Source of the DNA: Phoronis australis
Lineage: Eukaryota; Animalia; Phoronida
Reading direction: 5' to 3'
Assembly (NCBI GenBank): GCA_002633005.1
Contig: NMRA01000321.1
Span: forward strand, 31,086 to 95,085
Length of the DNA: 64,000 nt
The notes below the pieces were generated by a model, which was given only the letters and a program-made list of their open reading frames with translations, made no database searches and had not been told where the DNA came from. The translations under genes were made by a program, and so were the position numbers. Shown one piece after another: positions 24,701 through 37,800 of this stretch (the first letter of the stretch is position 1; every line of letters begins with the position of its first letter).

Positions 24701-27700
24701 ACTTTCTGTGTTCGTAACCACAGAGGCCTGAGACGACTCGTAGCATTTGTTTTCATCGCCGACGGTCGTATGCACGTAGACGCACAACTCCCTTAGGATC
24801 AAAACTACGTTTTGTCTTCGTTTTCCCCGGCACCATTCTATCACAAGTTCACCTCGTTGGCTCAATGTTATGGCGACTTTGTGAATGAAAGGACAGAGGG
24901 TATACGAAGCTGTTCTGTACCTGGCGGGAGATTCGATTTAATTGAAAGCCCTTTAACCTTTGACCTTGGATTAGTAGTAAACAAATATCCACGCGGTTGT
25001 GGTGGTTTTGCCAAATCTTTTTTCTCGCTACGCGGTATATATTTTGTATTTGAAGTTCCCCGAGAATGAAGATAAGGTATTTTGTTAGACACAAGTGAAA
25101 TATTGTAAAAATGGCCAATTTTTGTGAATAAGGTTGTCGTCCACGAAATGTGGACTCAACCGATTTGTCAACTCTTTGAAGTACGTCAAGCAGTTGATCA
25201 CGGGACAGTACCCACAGATATCCGTTAAACATTTGAAAAAGGAATTCCGTGATCATATATTTCTGGCGGAGCTGAAGTCAGAGATTCCTTTCTATAATTC
25301 AACATTGGTTAAAAAGGCGAGATTAAATCTCGTTTCTTTTCTTCTGATTAGAATGGGAAAAAACTCTTTTTAATTTGATCTAGCTGATGCTGATTAATTT
25401 GTTATAGAAACACCAACTTCCAACAAAACCAGTGGAAATAAGCTTTTAACGAACGCCCTGCTTGATTACTATTTGTGTTAACTCATTTATTTGCAGCGGT
25501 GATTCACAATATTGTCACTGGGTGCAAATTCATTCTTTTCACCAGAGGAAAAGGAAAATTCAAAACCGAAATACAATTAATTTACGAATTTGATCTCTGT
25601 AGTTCGCAAACCAATCGTCTTGATCCTCTATAAGATAAAAATTCGGGATTAATTTCCAAAGAAGAAACTGAAATCTTATAATCAGTATTGGTAATCCTGA
25701 AAAAGATAAACATCGGATAGGTCGTTGGTGATCGAGTTCTGTGAATCGACTTTTAAAGAGAGCATATAGTTCGTAGAAATTATATTGAGAGTCCTGAGTG
25801 TGCCTTGCAAGAGTTCATGATAACTTATCATCATGTTTGAGTGTACAGTTTATTTCTACAAGAGAGGTTAGGGGGCACAAAATGACAGTCAAAGTTTGTC
25901 AATCTTTTCACTACTTTAAGTGGCTATAAACCCGCCGTGTTTGATTCAAGAAGCAAACTTTTGATTGGGACCACTCACAGCTTGACAAAACTGATCTCAG
26001 CTTCTTCCTTATCCAAGTGGGAAGTCATTCCTGGGTTTACAAAGAACTAACAGTTCGTAACTGGCCTTAAATCCAAGCTCGGCGCATAAATGTCGCACAT
26101 TGAGAACCCAATGTGCATTACCTAGTCTCAAGCACTAGCGAACTGTCACTTCTTTGGAAGCTGAAATTCTCTCAAATTAAACACGCGAACAATTTCATAA
26201 AAGTAAGAGGTCTAAACCAATATTTTGTTGAGTGATGGAAGGAGCATTTGTAACTGCTTTAACGACATGAAAAACAATGACCAAGGTTTTGAAAAATCTC
26301 TATTGGGAGACGTTTGTTTAAAATGTCAGGAATGGTCACGTTGGGGTTTGATTTTCCACGGTGTGTATCCAAGGGGCATGCAGTCAATGAATCAGTTCGA
26401 TGGACAACGTGAAGACGGAGACGTTATAGTTACGCTATAATACATGTGGTCTTATTCGGAGCACCTCAGATATCTTCATTGCCTCAAATTTTCCCCGGAA
26501 ATAACCTTCCTCTTCACGTGTGAGGGCTTAAGGAAAGTCATGTGACTTTCACACTCGAGCATGAACGTATGACTGAAGTACGAACATGCGCAGATACCGC
26601 TAACATTCGACTGAAATTTGAAGCTACGAAACGACCCGAGGTGTTCCGGACGATGTAGTCTATCGTCTGATGACATCTGCTACCACCAGTTCGCCGTTGT
26701 ATAAGGTACCTAGACAAAAAGAAATTATGCGTCACAACAGAAGAGCATGGACGGATACCTGTGACTTCATGAAATACATGTACATGGTAGCTGGTTTCCA
26801 ATCAGTAAATTTATCCTTTGTCGGCTAGAGGGCGCAAAACAATTTAAGTGGAATTCCTTATCTCTGTGATTGCTTGGACAAATTAGTTAGAAACACAACA
26901 TATAGTGACGATGTGAATATGAAGAAGGTTGAAAATTGCCATGTTTTTAAGAACGAGTTTTGTATCGAAAATGATCCGCCGTAAATCACTCAACCTTGTC
27001 CAGCAAGTATCGTGTTATGGTGTTGGGGAATAACACTGCATGATGCAGACTGTGTGAGACCTCACGTCAAAGGTTACCTATTTGGAGAATTTTTGGTTTC
27101 AAATTTACAAAGTTTTAGTGAATACAACTGCACTTTGTTAAGCATAGATGATGTTCAAATTGCACTGTCTTTTACTTCCTGCTATACTTGAGCATCGTTA
27201 GGAGCATGATTCATTCCCGTTCGTTGTCAGGCGACAGTGCTTTGTAGGATTTTCCGACTATTATGCTCACGGAATACGAAAAAATTAAGTCAAAGTACTA
27301 CGCATTTCATACCAAAGTTCTCGTTCAGTCTTGCATAGAGCTGCCAACGAAGTGAACACATTCAATAAATTGTTTTGCAACTGTACAGGTCTTTCAAGAT
27401 TAATTACTCTGCGCGTGTAAGCGCAGAGTACTGTTGTTCCTGGGTTTTCTTCAATTTTATTCTTATTCTTATTCTTATTCTTCTTATTCTTCTTCCGACC
27501 AACTTTGAGGCTTAATAACTCCAAATTGGGTGCAGGTACGGTCTTTAAATTCAGCATATGAATTTTGACAGTATATAAATTTTGATTGGTTATATAGTCA
27601 TATTCCATATTGCACCGGAAGAGGTCGTTTAGTGCAAAGGTCATATAATTTTCAAAATGCTACTCCTCCTTCAGTTTTTAAGCTATCTTTTTCAAATTCG

Positions 27701-30700
27701 GTGCACAGGTATAAGTCATCATGACAATTTAAAAAATTACTTTTCTAAGTAATCGGGTCATCCAATCAGGTGAAATACGTCAAAGGTCATTAGGTGCAAA
27801 TTAAAATTTTGAACTAGACACTTCAAATTGACAGGTCTGATTGCCAAAGGTAAATCAAATAGGAATCCAAAGTTTCAGGTTATTTAGTGCAAACATGGGA
27901 TCACTAGGTGCATTTTTCTTCTGAAAATTTGACCTTTTCAATCAGCAAGTATTCTGATGTGTCAACCGTTATACAACTGTGATTCTCAGCGTTAAACACA
28001 CTTTCCATGGGCTTTGCAATAATTCTCCTAAGGATGCTTAAAATGCACCGGATAGGGTCAATTAGTGCTAAGGTCTTGTAACGTTCAAAATGTTATATCT
28101 TTTAAGTTTTTCAAGAAATTCTTTTCAATTTCAGCACATTGGTGTAAGTCAACTTGCCAATTGAACAACTACGCAATAGGACTAACCAATCAGAAAAAAT
28201 AGGTCAAAGGTCATTGAGTGCAAAATTAAAATTTTGAGCTAGAGACTTCAAAATTACATATCTGTTTACTAAATGCGATTGTGTTTGAATTCTAAATTTT
28301 TGGGTCATTTGGTGCACCCATGGGGTCATTAGGTGCATTTTTCTACTGAAAGTTTAACCAATTCATTCATGTTGTATTCTTAAGTGCTTAAAGTAAAACA
28401 TCTGTAATTCTTAGCATTAACCACACTTTAAATTGGTTTTACAATTATTCCCTCATCGGGGTTCATAATGCACCGGAAGAGGTCAGTTAGTGGAAAGGTC
28501 ATCAAAATATTAACATGTAATTTCTCCTCCAGTTTTAAAGAATTCCTTTTCATATTTGTAAACGGGTTGCTGTCAGTAACTTCCACTAATACGCACGCGC
28601 AGAGTCCGTTATTGTCACGCCGTGACAATAATCTTTCTAGTTGTAACTTACTACTACTTTTCTTTCTTTTTGCAACCCAAGAAAACAAAAATGTACTCGA
28701 ACCTCAGTAAGAAGCTGGCCGTTCATAAATAGTTCCCGCGGACGTGGGTCAAGCACTAATTATGGGTTTAAACTTAGCTAAAGGTAGTCATGTGGACATC
28801 AGTGCGCATGCCTGAGTTTGGACGTTTCTGTGTTGCAAACATATGGTCCGGGAATGAGCCGGGGAAATATTCGAACTTACGGTGCCTAAGAAAATAAAAA
28901 GTTGTTGGATAAAAGCACATTGAAGTTTGAGTGATTTCATTTTATCTTGTAGTTCGCATTGAACGTATTATAATTAACGTATTTAAACTGTAACTTATGT
29001 GGAGGATTGTGAGTATCATTAATTTTGTTGTAATGATGTATTCGGGGTCCACTGTCTTGAAACTTCACCATTCACGCCGCAAGATTCGAACGTATTGTTA
29101 ATTTAGTTACTCAAAGCGTGTCACGCAGTTGGCCAATAAAATCTGCTTGAATTTCGAGTACAGAAATTAGGTCCGGGCCCACAGCTGGGTTCAGAACAGC
29201 AAGTCGTCTTGCGAAACAGTTGAGATGTCCCAATCCATATCAAGCGAAGCACTTGATCACACTAGCTTTGCTTGCCAGTGTCTAGCTTCCACCGACGCGC
29301 CCTGGGGATTAGGTAAATACAATAGTCACGATAATTTTGAGGACTTTACTTTCTTTCACGTGTAAAGCACTTTGTAATTTATTGCAAAACATTGTTAAAA
29401 AGACCTATAGACCTCGGGAACAAGCGTCACAGCCGGTCTTACTGTCATGATTGATTGGCGAAGTGACGGCCGCGAGATCATGCACGGAAATTGTCTCACT
29501 GCAATCTGTTTATTCAACAAATAATACGATTTCTATTGCCGTTACTTGAGTGTTTTTTGTTTTTCTCACCTAGCCAGCCAGCGTAATGAAAATATTATGT
29601 TTGCATTTCTTGCTATTGTTCTGGTGTTTGACAATGTAGGCACAGCTTTGTTCAACTGACACTGCAACTTGTTGCTGAGTCCGTCAGTGAATTCACAAAA
29701 TTTCAACAATCAGCTACCTGTTGTAAATTGTTTGACATCCCACGTAGCTTCACACTTCTGCAGTGTGCAGTGTATTAGCGAATCTTTTTCAAGACTTAGG
29801 TTTGGTTAAACGGGTATTTTCCTTAAATTCGTTGCTTAATTCACAAATTGTGAACAAGGTTATTTCGGTCATGCAATCTTTTTCACAAATATTTTATGCG
29901 GTTTGACATTGAATGAACTTCTACCCGGAAAGGCCATCCAGGTTATCAGCGAGTACAACAAGGAAGTCCACAACTGCAGGTGATCAATGCAATGGGTCCG
30001 CAACAACAGCTTTCCCAAGTCTGCTACAACGTGCGCCAGACTGTCTGCAATTATTTTTATAAATTCCACTACTTTTGAAAGAGCTAACCAAAACATTTGG
30101 TTAGGTTGTTTGTACATTTTGAGTTGTTCTATATCATCTGGATTTTTTGTGTATTTACTAGGCTCCCTACAATATTTTCGTGACCATCAGTGACAAAGGT
30201 CTAAAACCGAACAAGTGCTTCTTTACAGGGACATATAAGCTCTTGGGGCTGAAACGTGCTACTTAGGGATTATTGGTGATTGAAATACATTTCTTGAAAT
30301 TGTTAGGTTTGACCAGAGCTATAAAACATCAAAAGCCTTAATTGTGTTTTTTTGCGATTTTATTACAAATCGTCAATTCTCGCAGTTGTCTTCCAGATGT
30401 TCGCTGAAACCAAGGCCTGTGTGTTTGTCACTTAAATATAAGGTGGCTGTGAAAGGACGGCACGGCAACTTTTTTTCTCCGTTGTTAACTCCATCGATAG
30501 ACTTACTATCTTTTTCGATAGAGTTACTAACTCACTCCATCGATAGACTTACTATATCTCTATCGATAGACTTACTAACTCAATCGATAGACTTACTATC
30601 TCTATCGATAGTAAGTCTATCGATAGAGATAGTAAGTCTATCGATAGAGATAGTAAGTCTATAGATAGAGATAGTAAGTCTATCGATTGAGTTAGTAAGT

Positions 30701-31821
30701 CTATCGATAGAGATAGTAAGTCTATAGATAGAGATAGTAAGTCTATCGATTGAGTTAGCATCGGAGAAAAATAGTTGCCGTGCCGTCCTTTCACAGCCAC
30801 CGTATAAATACGCCTAAGACATTCTGGTAATCATCGCGTGGGATTTGGTTTTGTGGTTAAGCGTTCGGCAACTGCTGATGAGCTGGTGTGTTCGATTCCC
30901 GTTACTGCTAATTTCTGTAAAATTTGTTTTCTCGCCGAGAATGCCCCTTTACGGTACCGAACGTCAACTTAATGCATCATGTAAAAGTAATGATTTCAAA
31001 TAAACTGATTCATTTCCGGCAAGTCTGCAAATTTATCACTGAGACTTATTGCGCTTTCCAAAGGAACAGATGGAACAAAAATAAGAAAGAATGGCAAACA
31101 ATCGCGTGAATTCATAAGCGACGAGAACAACGGCAGTCAACTCACTCCAAAGAATACAGTGAGGTTAAAGCAGTGTAGGCCATGCCAAGTCAAATCTGCT
31201 GTTTGGAGAATGATTAGAGCGGTGGCGTCTTTCCCCTTAATAAACTCATCGGAGAAAGATTGAAGGATTGTGCGTTCTGATGTCAATCACTGTACTCAGA
31301 AGAATACAAACAGTTAAATCCTAGCCATATGGTTGTTGTGGACGCACTAGAAAGGCCACATCGTTAATGTCAAGACCCTGGGGAACGGGCTGTGATGTCC
31401 GTTTCGTTGACTTCCAGAACAAATTCTGCAAAATCGATGCAAGGTTAAGTGAAAGCGAGCTTCAATTAAAAGAAATTGATTTTTTAATTTACTTGAAAAC
31501 ATGGCATCACGCGATAAGTTAAATGGTTAAATATGGCAACCATTTCTACGAGCAACATCCCTTACAGTTCGTTTCAGAATTCAATCTCACTTTTACGTAA
31601 GCTGCGCTTATTTCCAGAATTTGGCAAGTGCGTCGATGTATGAAAAACCTGAGATAACCAAGGAGCAAATTTTCAAAATATTTTATCAGAGTGAAAAATA
31701 ATTATATTAATAAAAACAACAATTACAACAACAATACTAGTTATAATAATAACGATGACGATGATATAGTCATAATATTATTCACAGTAAACTACATAAT
31801 AATAACAATAATGATGATGAT

Positions 31822-31868
<47 letters not shown>

Positions 31869-34800
31869 TGATGATGATGATGATGATGATATGAATAATA
31901 ATATCAATAATAACAATAACAAAGACAGTGTTGATGGTGCTGATGACGGTGATGTAGATAGTAACAGTAGTAATTTCGATAGCTATGTCAATGACGATGA
32001 CAATGACAATGATAATGATGATAATGATGAGGATGATGCCAATGGTGATGATGACGATGGTGACGGCGATGGGGAGGGCGATGGTGATGATGATAACACA
32101 CAACAATACAACAATTTACAATGGTGTTATTACTTATTATTATTTTATAGTGTTCCCATAATGGTGCCGTGAGTGCACTTACTGAGTCCTACATTCAAAT
32201 TAGGGCCTGTTTTTAAAATAATAATTGTGTAGCAAATAGCATTAAAATTTCAAACAGTCCCTTGGTATGTTTCCACAGAGTATTCATCCTTAACAAAATT
32301 TAAAAAATCATTTTTGTTACGTTAAGTCTACATTTAGGACATTTTTAATCCAGTACGGAACGTTTGAACGTGAAAAGGTTATGCAAGCCTTCCTTTTTGG
32401 AGTAGAAATTATATTGGTCAGGTTCAACGTTTCACATGATTTTCCACTGCAATTGCATTTACATCGATATATCATCTTTAGCCCCAGACAAATGCTAATC
32501 AACAAGGAATTATGTGACTTAAACAGTAATGAATTCTGTATGAACGAAAATACACTGAAAGAATGAAACAGAAAGTTATCGTGAGCTTCGGAGGCTGCAA
32601 CATTGATTTTAACTAACCAGCGGCAAAAATCTTAATCAGTTCAGTTCATTTTCAAGCCGAGAAGACGCATGGATAGGCTTTGACGTAAACCGATTTTGTT
32701 GGCCTGGTGACATTTGGAAGTTGACCAAAAGCTTAAAGGGGCATTACCAGTTTTACGGCCAAAAATGCATTTTGGGAATAATGTTGGTTGGGATAGACTT
32801 CATGATGCCATTAGCTTTGACCAAAGCCACGAAACTACAAAATCCTTTGAATTTTTGAGATTTTACTGCAAATCGCAGTTTTCGTCGTTTAGCTGCCAGA
32901 CACTCGCTCAAGATCGGTGACATAACCAGTTAAATACATTTAAAATACTCTGTCACTTCGAGTGCGATCTAACTACATCAACAGAGCTTTAGACTGCCAC
33001 CAGGTCGATTCCGCACTAAGGCTGATCGCAGAAAATCACTTTTCACGGCGATCTTACCCATTGCAAAATCAATGTCGTGCGACACGCAGTATCTGTTGAC
33101 ATCAGCGCCCGTGGTCTAATCTTTCAAGCTTGAGATTGTTTTTGACATTTTTGTAATCTATTTTTGTGCAGACTCAATATAAGTGACTATTATGTTGTGC
33201 ACGAGTACACCTTCGTTTTGCGCAGATAACTGTAATTCTGGCTTGCACTTGATGACCCCAGCCTTAACGCTATGATCTGAACACAAAATTTCGAGTTTTC
33301 ACTTGAGTTTGTATCTCGAATTTAATAGTATTCAAATGAGAGCTTGGACCAGACGTTCATCACCACAAATCATAGTATACCCACAGAAACACTTTTACTT
33401 AAAAATACGTGAAATGTCGAAAATAAGTTCGAGTTCAATTTCGAGTACAAAGAATACATTGGGCCCAGATTTTATCCGTACAATTCATTGGTATGAAACA
33501 GGCTACTGAAATAACTGATCGGATATTTTATTTCGTCACATCGCACCCAGATGGTGTGAGACATGTACGCATGTACTCAACAAAATTGTAGGATGCGCAA
33601 CAATTTTTGAACAGGCGATTCGGAAATAAAATTTGGCGTCTAAACAGTACCATGCGGTTACAATGTTTTGTACGTTCAGTTTTTAATCAATCAAAACGAA
33701 TAGATTTTAGTGGGTGCATTTTAATTATGTATAAGCTTTCAGAGTTCACAACAGAATGAGGTTTGTGATAATGGCGCAATTGTGACAGGTGAAAAGTCTA
33801 CAGCCACAGCGTCCGCGGTTTGTAGGGTCGAATAATCCACTGTCCTGTAGAACTGTATCCTGAAAACAAAGTTTTCTTCCCTAGCTACAGCGTGTGAATA
33901 GGTGACTTAGACTTAATGGTAGATTATAAGCAATGAAACAGCTTCGTTTTCTGCTGATGCCGGTCGTCATTTTATTGGGTGAATCTTTTCATCGTTCATT
34001 TCACTAGAAATTACTTTAGGAAAATGGCCTCTGAGTTCAGAGATTGACCGCAGCAAGCTCTTCGCTTGTCGTAAGTCGGACCACCAGTGCAAAACAGTGT
34101 TGTTTTGCAATTTAAAGGAGACAGTACAAACACTGGTGTTGGCCACCTTCTTTCTTAACAGGCGCAGTTGCTCATCAAAAAAAAAACACCGCCGGTTTCT
34201 TATCGTTTGCTAGTATTAAAACAAGATAAAGTAAATCGTCTACAATTCCCCTGACGGCAATACTGCCTTGAAACTAGAAACTAACCCGCCTTCACGAGCA
34301 ACTTAATGGCATGGGCAGCGCAGCACTGAAATAAATGGGGCTATAGCCAAGCACCCTATGGTGCGGTGCCCTGTCACCATAGGCAGCGCAGCACTGAAAT
34401 AAGTGGGGCTATAGCCCCCCCAAACCCTCTATGATGCGCCGTCTATGAATGGTCCTGCCAGTTTGTCTCAAGCCTAGTAATCATTTCTTGAGAGCAAGAT
34501 GAGACCGACATTGTAACCGTAAATAGTCTAAATAAATAGTTGTTTTTGAAAGGAGGAACAGATTCATTGTGCCTTTAATATTGCGATTAAAAGCACTTCA
34601 TAATTTCACATAGCCGTCTGAAGAGAGAGTTTAGAAAAGATTTTCTTTGCAAAACAATTATTCCCACAAAGGGATCTCATAAAGACAATTTTAGAGTTCA
34701 GGCATGATCACAGTACTATGGTAATAGTCCCTCCCCCTCCCCGAAAATTACAGGTTAGCAGTTTTAAATATCAGGTTGTCGCATTTTTAAGAACGGACTA

Positions 34801-37800
34801 AGGTTTTCGCAAGAAATCAATCAAAAGTAAGCATGAATGTCAAGCTAGTTCTGGAAGACGAGAGAGCAAACACACTTGGCTGTCTACATGAGAATATCAG
34901 CATTTCTGGAAGTGTTTGTTTTATTTCGCACGGGAGTCCAGAGCAGGATTTCGGTTCCTAAATGCTTACTCTATAGAGGTAACTCCTTCAATAGACTTCA
35001 GCTCTCCGCCTGTCTGTTTTTCCATCGTATATTTAGAAGATTATTCCGAATTTGATCATCACCACACATTGCCACTGTCGGCCATTTTCACGGCACGTAA
35101 CACAAAACAGCTACAGCGCCTAATAATAGTTTTCAGTTACCTTTGACTGGAAGCCTTTGTTAGGAAGCGGCGATTTATAATAAAATCACAAAACACAACA
35201 ACATTTTTTGTTTCATAGCTCCGGTCAAACAGAAACTTCAAGTTGCCAGTCCTCACTAAGGCAATTCCAAAATGCGTTTTTTCTGCCGTAAATCCTATTG
35301 CGTCCTGTCAAAAGACCACATAATTATAATTTGTGAGTACGTTTTAAATAGATTTGAATAGCAATATGTTTTAGGGAGTTTTTATGTAAAATGGAACGTT
35401 ATCATCATCGCCATCATTAACTTTATTGATATTCAGGTAAAAGGTATTACTTTCAAAGAATCATACGCCTCAAGTTAACGGCTAATTCTTCATTGAATCA
35501 AACGCATTTGAAACGAACTGTCTCCATCAACAACCCGTGGATCGTGACGTATTTTGTATCGCAGTTAGGCCTCATTTCCGTCAGAGTATAGCACATCTAT
35601 ATATAGCAATCAGCGTTTGTTTCACTTGAAAATGTTACATTTCTTGCCTCTTTTAGGCAATTACGTTGGTTAAATTCCCTTACTGAAAATCGTAGTCAAA
35701 GATCATCGTGTCTTCTTACAAGCCAGAGGACATTTCGCGAAAATAACTTCAGAAACTTGCGGTGTAGGTCACGTTGGCCTCATTAACACAAATTGCTGCT
35801 TATGAAAACCTAAAATAACTCTGTTAAAAGGACATTGTTGGTTTTATGGGGTTATTGTTGGATGGAATAGACATTTTGAAGTTAATTTAGCTTTGGCTAG
35901 GACTCTGAAACAATAAAATACTTGGCTACGCAAGTAGAGCGTTTGACGGTGACAGCGAAGGTTCCGGGTTAGAATCTGCTCTGTGGCTGATCTCAAAAAT
36001 ACTTCTTTTTTCGCCAATAATGTTACTTTAAGCTAGAATGGTGCGTTTCAAATCCTGAAAGAATTCTTTTAAATTTCAATTCGAATGTACCTTCGTGTGG
36101 GAAGCGAAACAAGGACCTGGAAATGGGAAGGACGGTGCTATCACAACTGAGCCGTTCTGAAAGACGGTGGCGGGTTTGCTTGATTGAAAAGCATTTATTT
36201 ATTTTTCTCTGTGGATTAACTCAAGGCATATTCCCAACACAATTCCCCAAAAGTCATGCACCCCGGTAAATGGCGCCAAACAGTATTTTGGGTCCAAAAA
36301 GGTTTCTGTTGGCCCTTGCACATGTAAAACCAAGAAAGCGTTTAGGGGCTGGACACGCTGCAGGTTTACAAGGATCTGCATGATACGTTTATTGTGATAG
36401 TTAAAACATCTCATGCAAATAGAGCTAATAACATTGATCACATGGTTCGATTTCACGGCCGTTTATTGTTTGATAGGATAGACTTTTTGAAGCTTTGACC
36501 AGAGCTAGAAAACAATCGTTGTGTTATTGTGATTTTCTAACAAATCGCCAATTATCGCTGTTTAAAAGACATGTGGTGATTACTAGTTCAGTAAGTCAGC
36601 CAGTAAGAGAATATGGCTGCGACCGCAAAGGTTCCCTGTTCGAACATGACATGTGGTGGGGATCTTCCCAGAAAATCACTTTTCTTGCCTATAATATCAC
36701 TGGATTATCATTAGTTTCTACATAAACAAGATTTTCAATACAATTAATAATGCCTAATAAATCCTTATCGCCGTATATCGTCGCGTCTTATACACATGCT
36801 TTGGTATTTTATATATCCAGGCCGTATGCCTACTTTACACATTACCAGTCGTTTATTCAGCAATTTGTTTACTACAACAAAATCTGCAACTAACGTATAG
36901 TAACTTTATAGATCGTACATAAGTTCACTAACTAGTAATTTTGTGGTTTTCGAGTCGAATGCAAAACAGATAATATCAAAAACATTAAACTATTCGTCGG
37001 ACAAGCTTTAAAAATGAGATTGACTCGGTGTACATGAAAATAATATAGCAGAAGCATGATTATGGTCAGTGTATAATTTATACTGTATAATTTATACTGT
37101 ATAATTTATACTGTAAAATTTATACTGAATAATTTATACTGTATAATTTATACTGTACAATTTATACTGTATAATTTATACTGTATAATTCATACTGTAC
37201 AATTTATACTGTATAATTTATACTGTACAATTTATACTGTATAATTTATACTGTATAACTCATACTGTATAATTTATGCTGATAAAAAGAAGTTAAAACT
37301 GCAAAGCATTTTCAAATTCTTGGCTTCGTGAAGAATATGAAAGTGGTGATTTTAGTCTTCGCTTTTTATTGAGCGCTTTTAAGGTGTCATGACTATTACC
37401 CTGCATCGTTCTGTTTCACACAATGCTTAATGTCATTTGTTTTGATCCTCACAAAAATCGAGTCATGAAATAACTTAAAATTGAAATGAACACCTCTCAT
37501 TTTTCTATGGTTGTAGGTGTTACATTTGACTTAACAACTCTTTCATTCTTATTTTTTTTTACTTTGAGGGTGATCGTCTTTATATGCCGATAGATCGGGA
37601 TCCCAGAGGTTTTTTGAATGAAAAGTTGACTGATTTTTTGATACCACAGTGATCTTTGTGTATACCAATGCTAGGAAATGGCCATCTAGCAGATTCGGCC
37701 TAGTGGCTGTGGTCAGGGGGTCATGAGAATGACGCTACACTCAAAATTGATCTAGATCAACTTTTCTGGTAACCACTTAAAAATACCTGCGACACCTACT

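Noticed and set aside
24950-26150. CR1/L2-like LINE remnant on the minus strand
   Set aside because: Only a faint DDKLS-like motif; too degraded to support without a profile search.
30344-30800. Leucine-rich 'SIDLLSL' heptad ORFs on both strands
   Set aside because: Product of the 21-bp subrepeats in a palindromic MITE.
31691-32172. Poly-Asp/Asn, poly-Met or poly-Ile ORFs
   Set aside because: Translations of a trinucleotide microsatellite; no splice or domain support.
35921-35993. tRNA gene (also ~30850-30905 and 39240-39306)
   Set aside because: Only A/B-box-like fragments without a consistent cloverleaf; better explained as SINE heads.
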